Notes under the pieces: generated by a model
What the model was told of the DNA's origin: nothing
Seen by the model: the letters and a program-made list of their open reading frames with translations, nothing else
The model's database searches: none
Position numbers and translations under genes: made by a program
Part shown: positions 26,997-36,487 of the stretch, piece after piece
Position numbering within the stretch: the stretch's first letter is position 1
How the letters are laid out: every line of letters starts with the position of its first letter
From: a virus
IMG/VR virus record: IMGVR_UViG_3300032116_000067
Coordinates: 36,265-100,264 of that record
Length of the DNA: 64,000 bases
Reading direction: 5' to 3' (one strand)

Positions 26997-27019
26997 GTTC
27001 TACAGTATATTTGTAGAAC
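26997..27019 (+). promoter_or_regulatory. promoter -7 box inside a perfect 8-bp inverted repeat
   Basis: GTTCTACA-GTATATT-TGTAGAAC containing TATATTTG. Confidence 0.7.
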
Positions 27020-27032
27020 TCAATGCTCTTCT

Positions 27033-27485
27033 ATGAATTCTTGGTTCTACAACAATAGAAAGATCTCCTGCGTAGAAGACCTTCCAAACCATGAAAACCT
27101 TTACGGTTTTATTTACATGATCCAGGATACTGAAACTCTCAGATCCTATGTAGGTAAGAAGGTTTTATACAACACCCGCAAAAAGAAGATCTCTCAAAAA
27201 GTAAAAAAAGCCACTGGTACTCGGAAAACATTTGAGTACCAGGTGAAGGAATCTGACTGGCAGATATATCATGGTTCTTCTAAAGAGCTGCTGGCAGATA
27301 TCACCAAGTACGGTGCAGGTAGATTCAGAAGAGTCATCTTGGAACTATGCTGCACTAAAAAGTATCTGTCTTATGCAGAGCTGGCCTGGCAGATCAAACT
27401 TGATGTACTCAAGTCAGACAGCTACAACGGTAACATCCTGGGCCGTTATTATACCAGGGATATGCAAAACTGTTCTAAAAAGTAA
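27033..27485 (+). CDS. GIY-YIG family nuclease
   Basis: YGFIYMI...YVGKK, ESDW..Y.GSS, E, YNGNI. Confidence 0.8.
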   Translation: MNSWFYNNRKISCVEDLPNHENLYGFIYMIQDTETLRSYVGKKVLYNTRKKKISQKVKKATGTRKTFEYQVKESDWQIYHGSSKELLADITKYGAGRFRRVILELCCTKKYLSYAELAWQIKLDVLKSDSYNGNILGRYYTRDMQNCSKK

Positions 27486-27489
27486 AACC

Positions 27490-27705
27490 ATGTCAGACGA
27501 AGAATTTGAAGCAATGATCCAAGAAGTACCCCCGGTATATGAGGAAGATTATGTACCCCCTATTATTGATGAGCTAAACAAAGCCAACAACAAGATCAAA
27601 GATCTGTATCACTTTATAGAGATGACAGAAGCTTTGACCTACGATAATGCTACCCGAGTACGTATTCGATCTTTTCTTAAAGAAGAAGGCATATGGAAAT
27701 CATAG
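27490..27705 (+). CDS. hypothetical protein
   Basis: ATG 27490 preferred. Confidence 0.7.
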   Translation: MSDEEFEAMIQEVPPVYEEDYVPPIIDELNKANNKIKDLYHFIEMTEALTYDNATRVRIRSFLKEEGIWKS

Positions 27706-27914
27706 AGTTACAAGAACACATTCAAGAGCCGTCTCCTAGTAACTATACTATGAGGGAAAAGCTGGTAGCAAATATTCTGTATTACTCTAAGGAAAAGTTT
27801 GAAGAGAGAGACCAGTTACTCAAACTAGCTTTTGAGTCTGAAGCACAATTAGTAGACCGCCTTATCAGTATCCTGGATTATTACTACGATCAGACACAAG
27901 AAATTCAGCAATGA
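27693..27914 (+). CDS. hypothetical protein
   Basis: 73-aa ORF. Confidence 0.7.
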   Translation: MEIIELQEHIQEPSPSNYTMREKLVANILYYSKEKFEERDQLLKLAFESEAQLVDRLISILDYYYDQTQEIQQ

Positions 27915-28348
27915 TAACTACAACCGAAATAATTCAAAAGTACCCGAAGATCTTTCAGGACTACGAAGGTAATCCTCACCGGGTCAACTGGTATGATGTT
28001 CCAGACGGGTGGCTGGCAGTCATAGATATACTGTGTGGCTCTATCCAAGATTACATTGATAATACCTGGAGGTACACGACCGGCGGAAACAGAGTTTCTC
28101 CGGCACAAGTTACCTGTACCCAGATGAAAGAGAAGTTCGGAGGTCTACGCTTCTATGTCAACAACAGTGACGAACAAATAGAAGGTATGATCCGCATGGC
28201 TGAGTTCATGTGTGAGCATATCTGTCAAAAATGCGGATCCAAAGAGAACATCGGCCAGACCCAAGGTTGGATAGCCACACTATGTGGTACCTGCGGCTCT
28301 GATGTTATTACATGGAAACCATATAAACAAGAATCCAATGAAGCTTGA
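27911..28348 (+). CDS. phage protein with Q.KEKFGGLRFY motif and zinc ribbon
   Basis: QMKEKFGGLRFY; CQKC...CGTC. Confidence 0.8.
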   Translation: MITTTEIIQKYPKIFQDYEGNPHRVNWYDVPDGWLAVIDILCGSIQDYIDNTWRYTTGGNRVSPAQVTCTQMKEKFGGLRFYVNNSDEQIEGMIRMAEFMCEHICQKCGSKENIGQTQGWIATLCGTCGSDVITWKPYKQESNEA

Positions 28349-29366
28349 AAGCATCATGCAAGAATCCGTAGAACTCATGGAACAAGAGTTCTACAATAAA
28401 AAGATGTACTTCTCGTACAGTAGTCTGAATAAGCTGATCTGGAACCCCCAGGTCTTTTATCAGATGTACGTATTGGGAATGAAAGAAGAACGAGTAGAAA
28501 GCCACCTGGTACAGGGTAAGATTATCCACGTCCTGTTACTAGAAGAAGACAAGTTCAATGATCTTTTCATCGTATCCCCTACCAGTTTACCCACCGGTAA
28601 CCTGCGTACTGTAGTTGACCGGGTCTTTAACCACTACAAAGAACTGTCACGCAACGGTGATCCCCGGGAAAAGCTCGAAGAGTTTGATAAAGCAATCCTG
28701 GATGTGATGGCTGATATGAACTATCATCAGTCACTGAAGACCGATCAGCAACGTCTGGATAAAATCCTGACGGCTGAAGCCTTCAACTACTGGAGATTTC
28801 TCCAGATGAAGCAAGACAAGACCATCATTGACGCGGATACTTTAAAGTTCTGCCAGAGTGCTGTAGAGATCATCAAGACCAACCAACAGGTCTGTAATCT
28901 CTTAGGTATGAATACTACTGAGTTTGATAGCAAACAGGTGATCAATGAAGAACAGATACAATTAGATCTTGGTAATAAAGTCTATGGACTCAAAGGCATT
29001 ATTGATAACATCGTTATTGATTACGACAACAAAGTAATCTACATCAATGACATCAAGACCACGTCAAAAGATCTCAAAGACTTCCCTGAAAGTATTGAGT
29101 ACTACTCATACTGGATGCAGGCTGTGATCTATATGATGTTGGTTACTAAAGAGCATATAGACTTGATTCAGTCAGGCTTTACTGCCAGGTTCCACTTTGT
29201 GGTAATAGACCGTGCTTTTCAAAGCTACGCCTTCCCGGTTACGGAAAAGACGATGAATAGCTGGTTGGATAGATTCAACGCTATCCTGGAGAAAGCAGAA
29301 TGGCATTATCACAATAAAAACTACGAGCTTCCTTACGAGTTCGCACAAGGGCTGGTAGTTCTCTAA
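28338..29366 (+). CDS. PD-(D/E)XK exonuclease, RecE/Cas4-like
   Basis: SYSSL, G...H, LKGIIDN..DIKT and Y.MQ..IY motifs. Confidence 0.88.
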   Translation: MKLESIMQESVELMEQEFYNKKMYFSYSSLNKLIWNPQVFYQMYVLGMKEERVESHLVQGKIIHVLLLEEDKFNDLFIVSPTSLPTGNLRTVVDRVFNHYKELSRNGDPREKLEEFDKAILDVMADMNYHQSLKTDQQRLDKILTAEAFNYWRFLQMKQDKTIIDADTLKFCQSAVEIIKTNQQVCNLLGMNTTEFDSKQVINEEQIQLDLGNKVYGLKGIIDNIVIDYDNKVIYINDIKTTSKDLKDFPESIEYYSYWMQAVIYMMLVTKEHIDLIQSGFTARFHFVVIDRAFQSYAFPVTEKTMNSWLDRFNAILEKAEWHYHNKNYELPYEFAQGLVVL

Positions 29367-29376
29367 AAGAGAACCA

Positions 29377-29940
29377 ATGATGATTGATAGTCTGTATACC
29401 AAGTACTTTCAGAAGTCCCGGTGCTTTCTGTTCCCTATACTGGGCATCAAGAAAAGCTCCAACTTCTCCCCGTCTGGTATCTACATCTCAGTAGAAGGTG
29501 TGGTCCAGCCGGAAGACCTCAAGTTAGTTTGTGCCTATAAGACAGATGTGTCTGAGGGGTTTAAGATCTTCGAAAAGACGATGTTGCTTGACAACCCGCA
29601 CTTTGAAAGGGTCCTTAAGATCCGTGACTATAACATCTATGTCTTTGATTTTCAAAAACATTCACAGGACTGGTTTCAGTTCATCATGGGAAAGTACTCC
29701 AAACTGTCGTCTATAACCAAACGAGCCATCAAGACGCACTATGGAGAAAATTCCAGTGAGTACAAGTACGTAGACTCCTGGTTATACCCGGAGAAGTACT
29801 ACGAGGTGTACGCCAAGCTTTTAGATGTTGATGTAAGTACCCTAAAAGGCATTGGAGAACTCTGTGATCCCTGTGACTTAGAGAAAGAGACTTTAAAAAT
29901 CCCTGTAGAAGATTTGGAGATCTTACAGAAAACCACTTAA
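29377..29940 (+). CDS. hypothetical protein
   Basis: 187-aa ORF. Confidence 0.8.
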   Translation: MMIDSLYTKYFQKSRCFLFPILGIKKSSNFSPSGIYISVEGVVQPEDLKLVCAYKTDVSEGFKIFEKTMLLDNPHFERVLKIRDYNIYVFDFQKHSQDWFQFIMGKYSKLSSITKRAIKTHYGENSSEYKYVDSWLYPEKYYEVYAKLLDVDVSTLKGIGELCDPCDLEKETLKIPVEDLEILQKTT

Positions 29941-29965
29941 ATTTGTAGACCTTAATCTGTAGAAC
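29938..29965 (+). promoter_or_regulatory. promoter -7 box with tandem TGTAGA sites
   Basis: TAAATTTG followed by TGTAGAC...TGTAGAAC immediately before ATG. Confidence 0.65.
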
Positions 29966-29966
29966 T

Positions 29967-30368
29967 ATGAATAAATCAATGATGCTCGTAACCGGCAGCT
30001 GGGGTAACCAGAAGACGTTCAAGCTGATTCCGCTCTCTCCCGATTGTCCATATAACGAAGCAATCTTTGATCGTGACAGTAAAGTACTGGCTCTGATCGG
30101 TAAAGAGAAGAAGCAGAGCATGCACATGGTAGCCAAGCTGGATGATAACGGTGATGTAAAGACCATGAGAATAGGCCGCCGGACCAACGGTAAAGACTAC
30201 GCTGAAGAGCGTAAGACACTGGAGACGTACTACGAGTACTACATCGAGAACCCGGAAGAAATCAAAGCTCTAGTGAACTTCTTTGCGTTCAACGCAGACA
30301 CGTTTGATTTCAATCAATACCTGGAGCAGGCGTACGAAGGGCAACCTGCTAACCTTATCACTGTCTAA
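29967..30368 (+). CDS. hypothetical protein
   Basis: 133-aa ORF. Confidence 0.8.
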   Translation: MNKSMMLVTGSWGNQKTFKLIPLSPDCPYNEAIFDRDSKVLALIGKEKKQSMHMVAKLDDNGDVKTMRIGRRTNGKDYAEERKTLETYYEYYIENPEEIKALVNFFAFNADTFDFNQYLEQAYEGQPANLITV

Positions 30369-30394
30369 GACAGCCCTGTGAGCAAAAACCCAAG

Positions 30395-30419
30395 AAGGCA
30401 GGTAACACTGCCTTTTTTT
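30395..30419 (+). terminator. intrinsic terminator
   Basis: AAGGCAG-GTAACA-CTGCCTT followed by T-run. Confidence 0.7.
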
Positions 30420-30461
30420 GGGCTTGCTCCATAACGAAAAGGGGGAACAGCTTAACTGAAC

Positions 30462-32696
30462 ATGTCGAACATGGCAAACCAACAGACGCACTGGGTGATG
30501 GACTATGAAACGATCTGTAATTGTTTTGTAGCCGTGTTTACCCACTACAAAGAAGATACACGTCGTGTTTTTGTCGTCCATGAAAACCGCAATGACTTCC
30601 CACAGTATGTACAGTTTCTAAAAGACTGTGTATCCAATAAAGAGTGGCATATTTCTTACAACGGTCTTGCTTTTGACGCACAGATCACGCAGTGGGTGCT
30701 GCAAAACCAACAGAAACTTCTTCCCCTATCTTCTCCGAATCTCGTTAAAGAAATCTATCAGTTTGCACAGGATGTTATATCCCGTACAGACCGGGGAGAG
30801 TTTTCTCTTTATGCACCCTATCAGCTGCAGATCAAGCAGATTGACCTTTTTAAGATGAACCACTGGGACAACCGTGCCAAGATGAGCTCTCTAAAGTGGA
30901 TCCAATATTCCATGGACTGGGAGAATATCGAAGAGATGCCGCACCCGCACAATCAACCGGTGCTCAGTCAGGACACGTTAGAGAAAGTCATCACGTATTG
31001 TATCAATGACGTTGAGTCTACCAAGGAAATCCTGAACTTTAGTAAAGATCAGATCAAGCTCCGGCAAACCTTAACCAAGGAATACGGCATTGATCTGTAC
31101 AGTGCTTCAGAGCCCAGGATATCCAAGGAACTCTTCTTACACTTCTTGAGTGAAAAGCTAGGTTGGAACAAAATCGAGATCAAACAGCTCCGCACAACCC
31201 GGTCGTATATCATTTTGGCCGAGTGTATTTTACCCTATGTCAAGTTTAAGACTCCGGAGTTCAACAACGTCCTGGACTTCTTCCGTACCAAGGTAATCAC
31301 CTCCACTAAAGACGGGTTTAAGCACAGTGTTACGTATCGTGGTGTACAGACAGACTATGGTCTGGGTGGTATTCACGGCGCGATCTCGTCTGGGATCTAT
31401 GAAGCTAAGCCCGGGTGGACCATCATGACCTCAGATGTTATATCGTTCTATCCTAACCTGGCTATTCGTAACGGGTTTGCTCCAGAGCATCTTCCCAAAA
31501 AAGAGTTCGGTGAGCTGTACGAGTGGTTCTTTGACGAACGGAAGAAGATTCCCAAGTCAGATCCAAAGAACTATGTCTTTAAGATCATCCTGAACTCTAC
31601 GTATGGTTTGACCGGTGACGAGAACTCGTTTCTGTATGACCCCAAGATGACCATGCAGATCACTGTAAACGGGCAGCTCTTGCTGAGCATGCTCTACGAG
31701 ATGATCTATGAGGAGATCCCGGAAGCTATTCCGCTGATGCAGAACACTGACGGTCTAGAGACTATGATACCAACTGCCTATGTACAGAAGTACATGGATA
31801 TCTGTGCCCGGTGGGAGCAATTAACGAATCTCAGTCTTGAGCACGACCAGTATACCAAAATGGTCATCCGGGACGTAAACAACTACATCGCAGTTACTGC
31901 AGAGAAAAAAGCAAAAGACGATCCCAAAGAAGGTCTTACTGCAGAACAGGTATGGAACAAGATGAAGAAGTCTTCTCCGTCTTACAAGTTCCGGACCGAC
32001 GGTACTGATTTCTTCTACACGGCAGTCAAGTGTAAGGGTGCTTTTGAGTGGGAAGATCTTCACAAGAAGAAGGTAGCTGTATTCCATAAGAACAAGAGCT
32101 TCTTAATTATTCCCAAAGCTATCCACGCTTATTTCGTATACGGTACAAAACCCGAAGAGTTCCTGGCCCAGAACACCAACATCTTGGATTACTGCGCCGG
32201 TGTCAAAAGTAAAGGCGGATGGTATTTCGAAACAAGACAACTCGTTGATGACGTACCTGAAAAGTACAAGAATATGAGTATTGAAGAAAAACGACAGTAC
32301 TTATTAGCCAACGGGTGGGAACAATCCTGGAGCGATGACAACTGGGTAAGACACGATGCAGTAAGCAAAGAAGCCAATACGGGTCTTGATACCGAGCGTG
32401 CTTTTAACATCACTGTAAAAAAGCTGTCTGTTGTTCAGAAGACAAAGCTTCAAAAGATCATACGATACTTTGTTTCCAATCAAGGTAACAAAATCATCAA
32501 GTGTCACTCCGATGGCCGGGAGATCCAGGTAGAATCCGGACCCTGGTTACAGACAGTCATTAACCGGATAGACAAGAACAAACCTTTTCAGGATTATGAT
32601 CTTAACCTGAAGTACTATCTCGAAGAGATCTACAAACAGATAGATCAGATGGAAAAGATCAAGCCTAAATCATTTACTCAACTATCACTTTTTTAA
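30462..32696 (+). CDS. polB: family B DNA polymerase
   Basis: Exo DYE, YNG..FD and YCINDV; polymerase DVISFYPN, K..LNSTYG, NTDG, VNNY and KG motifs. Confidence 0.95.
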   Translation: MSNMANQQTHWVMDYETICNCFVAVFTHYKEDTRRVFVVHENRNDFPQYVQFLKDCVSNKEWHISYNGLAFDAQITQWVLQNQQKLLPLSSPNLVKEIYQFAQDVISRTDRGEFSLYAPYQLQIKQIDLFKMNHWDNRAKMSSLKWIQYSMDWENIEEMPHPHNQPVLSQDTLEKVITYCINDVESTKEILNFSKDQIKLRQTLTKEYGIDLYSASEPRISKELFLHFLSEKLGWNKIEIKQLRTTRSYIILAECILPYVKFKTPEFNNVLDFFRTKVITSTKDGFKHSVTYRGVQTDYGLGGIHGAISSGIYEAKPGWTIMTSDVISFYPNLAIRNGFAPEHLPKKEFGELYEWFFDERKKIPKSDPKNYVFKIILNSTYGLTGDENSFLYDPKMTMQITVNGQLLLSMLYEMIYEEIPEAIPLMQNTDGLETMIPTAYVQKYMDICARWEQLTNLSLEHDQYTKMVIRDVNNYIAVTAEKKAKDDPKEGLTAEQVWNKMKKSSPSYKFRTDGTDFFYTAVKCKGAFEWEDLHKKKVAVFHKNKSFLIIPKAIHAYFVYGTKPEEFLAQNTNILDYCAGVKSKGGWYFETRQLVDDVPEKYKNMSIEEKRQYLLANGWEQSWSDDNWVRHDAVSKEANTGLDTERAFNITVKKLSVVQKTKLQKIIRYFVSNQGNKIIKCHSDGREIQVESGPWLQTVINRIDKNKPFQDYDLNLKYYLEEIYKQIDQMEKIKPKSFTQLSLF

Positions 32697-32705
32697 CCGT
32701 AAACT

Positions 32706-33569
32706 ATGCCGGTAAAAACACAACTCGTAACAGAGGCAACTATCCGTAGCATACCAACTCCCGCACACGGGAGACGCTACACACCTATCGCACACGGTAC
32801 GATCATCGACAATGCTCGTATCTATCTGGCCAACGCAGGTTTTACTATTAACCAAGAGCTGTATAAAAGCAGCCTTGATGGACAAATTGCACAGGGTACT
32901 TATCACCTGAACTACGGCACCGATCCTGATATGGGTCTGATGTTTGCCTGGTCTAACTCCTACAACAAGCAGATGAGGTTTAAGTGTGCCATCGGTGCAC
33001 ACGTCTTTATCTGTATGAACGGTGTTGTATCCGGTGACCTGGGTAACTACAAACGTAAGCACACTGGCTCAGCCCTGGTTGACGTCATCAACAGCATCAA
33101 AGATCAGATCTCCCAGGCTAAGGTGTACTATGACAACCTGGTAGCTGATAAAGAAATGCTGAAGCAGATCAACCTCAGCAAAGCCAAACAAGGTGAAGTG
33201 ATCGGTCGGCTCTTTATCGAGCAGGAAGTACTCACGCTTACCCAAATTGGTATGGTCCAGCGTGAGATCCAAAAGCCGTCACACACGTACAGCCAGGATC
33301 CGAATTCAGCCTGGGATCTTTACAACCATGTGACCATGGCTCTGAAAGACTCTCACCCGATGAGCTATCTGTCTGATCACCAGAAAGTACACAACTTCTT
33401 TGTGAACGAACTGGGTCAGCTCAAAGGTGTGTACATGGCTATTGATGAGGACACGTTTCCCGATCAAGAACCTGAGGAAGAACCGGTAGCATACCAGCAA
33501 GCTCCGATCCTGGAACCGGTTGATGAGATAGAAGAAGAACTCACAGGTTTTGGTGTGAAGTTTAACTAA
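32706..33569 (+). CDS. DUF932-like protein
   Basis: Y.PI.H, NSY, FICMNG, KHTG and W..YN..T motifs. Confidence 0.75.
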   Translation: MPVKTQLVTEATIRSIPTPAHGRRYTPIAHGTIIDNARIYLANAGFTINQELYKSSLDGQIAQGTYHLNYGTDPDMGLMFAWSNSYNKQMRFKCAIGAHVFICMNGVVSGDLGNYKRKHTGSALVDVINSIKDQISQAKVYYDNLVADKEMLKQINLSKAKQGEVIGRLFIEQEVLTLTQIGMVQREIQKPSHTYSQDPNSAWDLYNHVTMALKDSHPMSYLSDHQKVHNFFVNELGQLKGVYMAIDEDTFPDQEPEEEPVAYQQAPILEPVDEIEEELTGFGVKFN

Positions 33570-33582
33570 GATGATCTAAAAC

Positions 33583-33612
33583 AAGGGAGGCCTCCGGGCT
33601 TCCCTTTTATTA
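33583..33612 (+). terminator. intrinsic terminator
   Basis: AAGGGAGGCC-TCCG-GGCTTCCCTT followed by TTATT. Confidence 0.7.
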
Positions 33613-33625
33613 TTCTTTCCGAACC

Positions 33626-34009
33626 ATGGCAGATAGACTAAGTGAAAAAGCTATTGCACAGCTCTTTGAGACAGTACTGCAGCACGCTAAATGTATTGAA
33701 ATACGTGTAGACTATGCCCGAGCTTTGACTTCTCAGAAACAGAAACATGCGTTGACGCAAGCGTTGAACAAGATTAATTCTGCTATAAACTCTATATGTG
33801 ATCTGTTACCAAACTCTGACGCCATCCTGACTATCAAAAAAGAACTGGACAAGGTAGATCTCGTGTGGGTCATGGTGCTCACTGAACAACTAAGCAGAAT
33901 ACCTGCTTCCAATATGGAAGAAGTGGTAGATATCATTGATAAATACTTGATCGAGAAATTCGATCTATCTGACAAACCTGCTGAGGATAAACCCGAAGCA
34001 ATAAACTAA
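33626..34009 (+). CDS. hypothetical helical protein
   Basis: 127-aa ORF. Confidence 0.75.
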   Translation: MADRLSEKAIAQLFETVLQHAKCIEIRVDYARALTSQKQKHALTQALNKINSAINSICDLLPNSDAILTIKKELDKVDLVWVMVLTEQLSRIPASNMEEVVDIIDKYLIEKFDLSDKPAEDKPEAIN

Positions 34010-34015
34010 ACTACT

Positions 34016-34825
34016 ATGGCAATAATAGGTGTATCAGGATACGCCGGGTCGGGTAAAGATACCGTCGGTAAGATGATCCAGATTGCTACTTGCTTCCCAG
34101 GATCAATAACAACGCCTTTAGAAGAGCTGCTTGCTGATTACGATAATCAACAGTGGTGGCTGGAAGAACAGTCTGGTTGGAAGATCAAGAAGTGGGCTGG
34201 TAAACTCAAAGTAGTAGCTTCTATTCTCACCGGTATAGTCGCGGACCAGTTTGAAGACCAGGAGTTCAAGAAAACTTTCTTAGGTCCTGAATGGAGTACT
34301 TGGAAAACTAATAATGGACAAGCTCCTAAAGAAGGTGACGCTGGTATTGCTAATATGATGAGTGTAAGAGACTTATTACAACGACTTGGTACAGACGCTT
34401 TACGAAACGGTCTGCATCCTGATACCTGGGTAAATGCCCTGATGGCTGACTATAAACCTGTATGGAATGACCCTGATCCTATAGCGGGTAATGATTATAC
34501 CATAACCTACCGAGAAAACTACGGTGAAACATCTCTTATTCACTATGGTGGTAGGTCTGAAGCAGAAGTATTTAACCATGAGATCATAGAACCCAACTGG
34601 ATTATCACTGACACCCGTTTTCCCAACGAAGCTCAGGCTATCAAGAATGCCGGTGGTATCATCATCCGTGTAGACCGCCCGGGCTTTAGTGCTATCAATG
34701 CACACCCTTCTGAGACAGCCCTGGATGACTGGGAGTTTGACTACCGGATAGGTAACGCGTCGGATCTGACATCACTGCTTTTTACAGTAGGTAGTATCCT
34801 CAGAAAAGAAAAGATTCTTCAGTAA
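34016..34825 (+). CDS. deoxynucleoside monophosphate kinase
   Basis: GYAGSGKDT, R.LLQ.LGT, TDTRFPNE and H.SE motifs. Confidence 0.9.
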   Translation: MAIIGVSGYAGSGKDTVGKMIQIATCFPGSITTPLEELLADYDNQQWWLEEQSGWKIKKWAGKLKVVASILTGIVADQFEDQEFKKTFLGPEWSTWKTNNGQAPKEGDAGIANMMSVRDLLQRLGTDALRNGLHPDTWVNALMADYKPVWNDPDPIAGNDYTITYRENYGETSLIHYGGRSEAEVFNHEIIEPNWIITDTRFPNEAQAIKNAGGIIIRVDRPGFSAINAHPSETALDDWEFDYRIGNASDLTSLLFTVGSILRKEKILQ

Positions 34826-34858
34826 TGCAAAACATCAGGTACACTTTAACTCTTAGTT

Positions 34859-35086
34859 ATGGCAGAAATAACAGTAGTAGACTGGCTTAAGAATCAACTA
34901 CCCTCTCTGTTTGAAAATGATACCAACGGGTTTTATACCAAGATGTTTGAAAAAGCTGAAAAGATATATAGTAAGCAAATAATAGACGCATGGGAAGATG
35001 GTGCTCAATCTGAGCATAGAGCTCATGTTAACGGTAAAGCTGATAACAGTTCTCTTGACTATTACACACAGACATTTAAACCTTAA
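34859..35086 (+). CDS. mini-protein, T.V.W...QII.A family, copy 1
   Basis: Motif shared with following ORFs. Confidence 0.75.
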   Translation: MAEITVVDWLKNQLPSLFENDTNGFYTKMFEKAEKIYSKQIIDAWEDGAQSEHRAHVNGKADNSSLDYYTQTFKP

Positions 35087-35089
35087 CAC

Positions 35090-35344
35090 ATGGCACAAAC
35101 GGCAGTTGAATGGTTCTTTGAAGTATTAGCACACAATGATATTATTGACCACAAAAAACTTTGTGATGATGAAAACCTTTACAATCTATTGTACTCATTG
35201 AAAAACCAAGCAAAACAAATGGAGAAGGAGCAGATAATAAACGACTATAAACATGGTCAAAATAATGGATACATGTATAGGGATGGAGCATCTAATATTA
35301 TTACTGCAGAAGAATATTACAATCAGACTTATGGAAAAGAATAA
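35090..35344 (+). CDS. mini-protein, TAVEW...AKQMEKEQII family, copy 2
   Basis: DNA-level repeats with the next ORF. Confidence 0.8.
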   Translation: MAQTAVEWFFEVLAHNDIIDHKKLCDDENLYNLLYSLKNQAKQMEKEQIINDYKHGQNNGYMYRDGASNIITAEEYYNQTYGKE

Positions 35345-35345
35345 C

Positions 35346-35570
35346 ATGACGGCAGTTGAATGGTTACAAAATGAACTTGTTGGTTTAGACACAGCATTTT
35401 CGTATTGCACGTTTAATGATAAACTCAAACAAGCCAAACAAATGGAGAAAGAGCAGATAATAGATGCTTATATAATGGGTAGCTATGATATGGCATCAAA
35501 GGAATTTAAGCCTGAACAATACTACAACGAAACTTATGGAAAAACAGACAGCAATACAAGAAATGATTGA
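35346..35570 (+). CDS. mini-protein, TAVEW family, copy 3
   Basis: TAVEW...AKQMEKEQII...EQYYNETYG. Confidence 0.8.
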   Translation: MTAVEWLQNELVGLDTAFSYCTFNDKLKQAKQMEKEQIIDAYIMGSYDMASKEFKPEQYYNETYGKTDSNTRND

Positions 35571-35778
35571 TGAATTAGACTATGATTTGAAAGCAAGTGG
35601 AATGTTTGTTAATTGGGAATTTTATTTGCAAAGAGAGAAAGAGCAGATCAAAATAGCTTACAACAAAGGTTACCAGGATGGAGAGATAGATAGTCTTGAT
35701 GCGAGAGACGGGGATGTTGAATTCTTTGAAGACGCAGAACAATACTACAACGAAACATTTCTCAAACTTAAAACTTGA
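35536..35778 (+). CDS. mini-protein, TAVEW family, copy 4
   Basis: QTAI...EKEQI..AY...EQYYNETF; ATG lies in the ETYG codons of copy 3. Confidence 0.8.
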   Translation: MEKQTAIQEMIDELDYDLKASGMFVNWEFYLQREKEQIKIAYNKGYQDGEIDSLDARDGDVEFFEDAEQYYNETFLKLKT

Positions 35779-35781
35779 TAT

Positions 35782-36075
35782 ATGAACAACAAATACATCA
35801 TTGTCAATAAGACAAAGATTCTAGAAGAAATAGAGGAGTTAAAAGCAAGTTTGAATTATATACCTGAGTCTTATGTAGCAAAACATTTAGCTCAAATATA
35901 TGTATATGAGCAGGTGCTTCTTAGATCAACTCCTTTAATTCCTGAAAATGTAAAACCATTACAGGAATTAGTTGATGAAGGATATGACCCTTATGATTCT
36001 GCACATCATTTACAAGTGCAAAAAATGTTAAAGGTAATAGAAAACTACATCTCAAACTTAAAACTTGATATATGA
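35782..36075 (+). CDS. mini-protein MNN.YIIVNKT...STPLIPE...SNLKLDI, copy 1
   Basis: Paralog of 36169-36432. Confidence 0.8.
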   Translation: MNNKYIIVNKTKILEEIEELKASLNYIPESYVAKHLAQIYVYEQVLLRSTPLIPENVKPLQELVDEGYDPYDSAHHLQVQKMLKVIENYISNLKLDI

Positions 36076-36158
36076 ATACAAATATTGAATGTGAAGACGT
36101 ACATAAAGATGATGTGCCAAATGATTATGAAAATAAAAACCTTGTTTGGTGGAATTAA
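36072..36158 (+). CDS. 28-aa micro-ORF between junction repeats
   Basis: MNTNIECEDVHKDDVPNDYENKNLVWWN*. Confidence 0.4.
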   Translation: MNTNIECEDVHKDDVPNDYENKNLVWWN

Positions 36159-36168
36159 AACTTGATAT

Positions 36169-36432
36169 ATGAACAACGAATACATCATTGTAAATAAGAC
36201 TCTTCTTGAGAAAAGAATAGAGGAGTTGGAAGTATTATATAAAAATTCTGAAAAACCAAGTATTCAAGGTACTATATATAATCAACTATCTCTTGAATTA
36301 AAAAAAATTCTATCTCAATCAACTCCTTTAATTCCTGAGATTGAAAAGGCTTTTGATGCTGGAGTACATGAAGATTATTTAGATACAATTGGTAAAGAAG
36401 ATTACTTCTCAAACTTAAAACTTGATATATGA
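36169..36432 (+). CDS. mini-protein MNN.YIIVNKT...SNLKLDI, copy 2
   Basis: Paralog of 35782-36075. Confidence 0.8.
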   Translation: MNNEYIIVNKTLLEKRIEELEVLYKNSEKPSIQGTIYNQLSLELKKILSQSTPLIPEIEKAFDAGVHEDYLDTIGKEDYFSNLKLDI

Positions 36433-36487
36433 AAAACATACATATATTACCAACTTGAGAAAGCAGAACAATATTATAACGAAACAT

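Larger units (their letters stand above)
35761..36433 (+). repeat. four direct junction repeats CTCAAACTTAAAACTTGATATATGAA
   Basis: Copies at 35761, 36051, 36155 (partial) and 36408; each spans a stop and the next ATG. Confidence 0.9.

Noticed and set aside
35761-36433. CRISPR array
   Set aside because: Spacing is irregular (~100-290 nt), the intervening sequences are ORFs, and no cas operon is present. The PD-(D/E)XK gene lies in the replication module.
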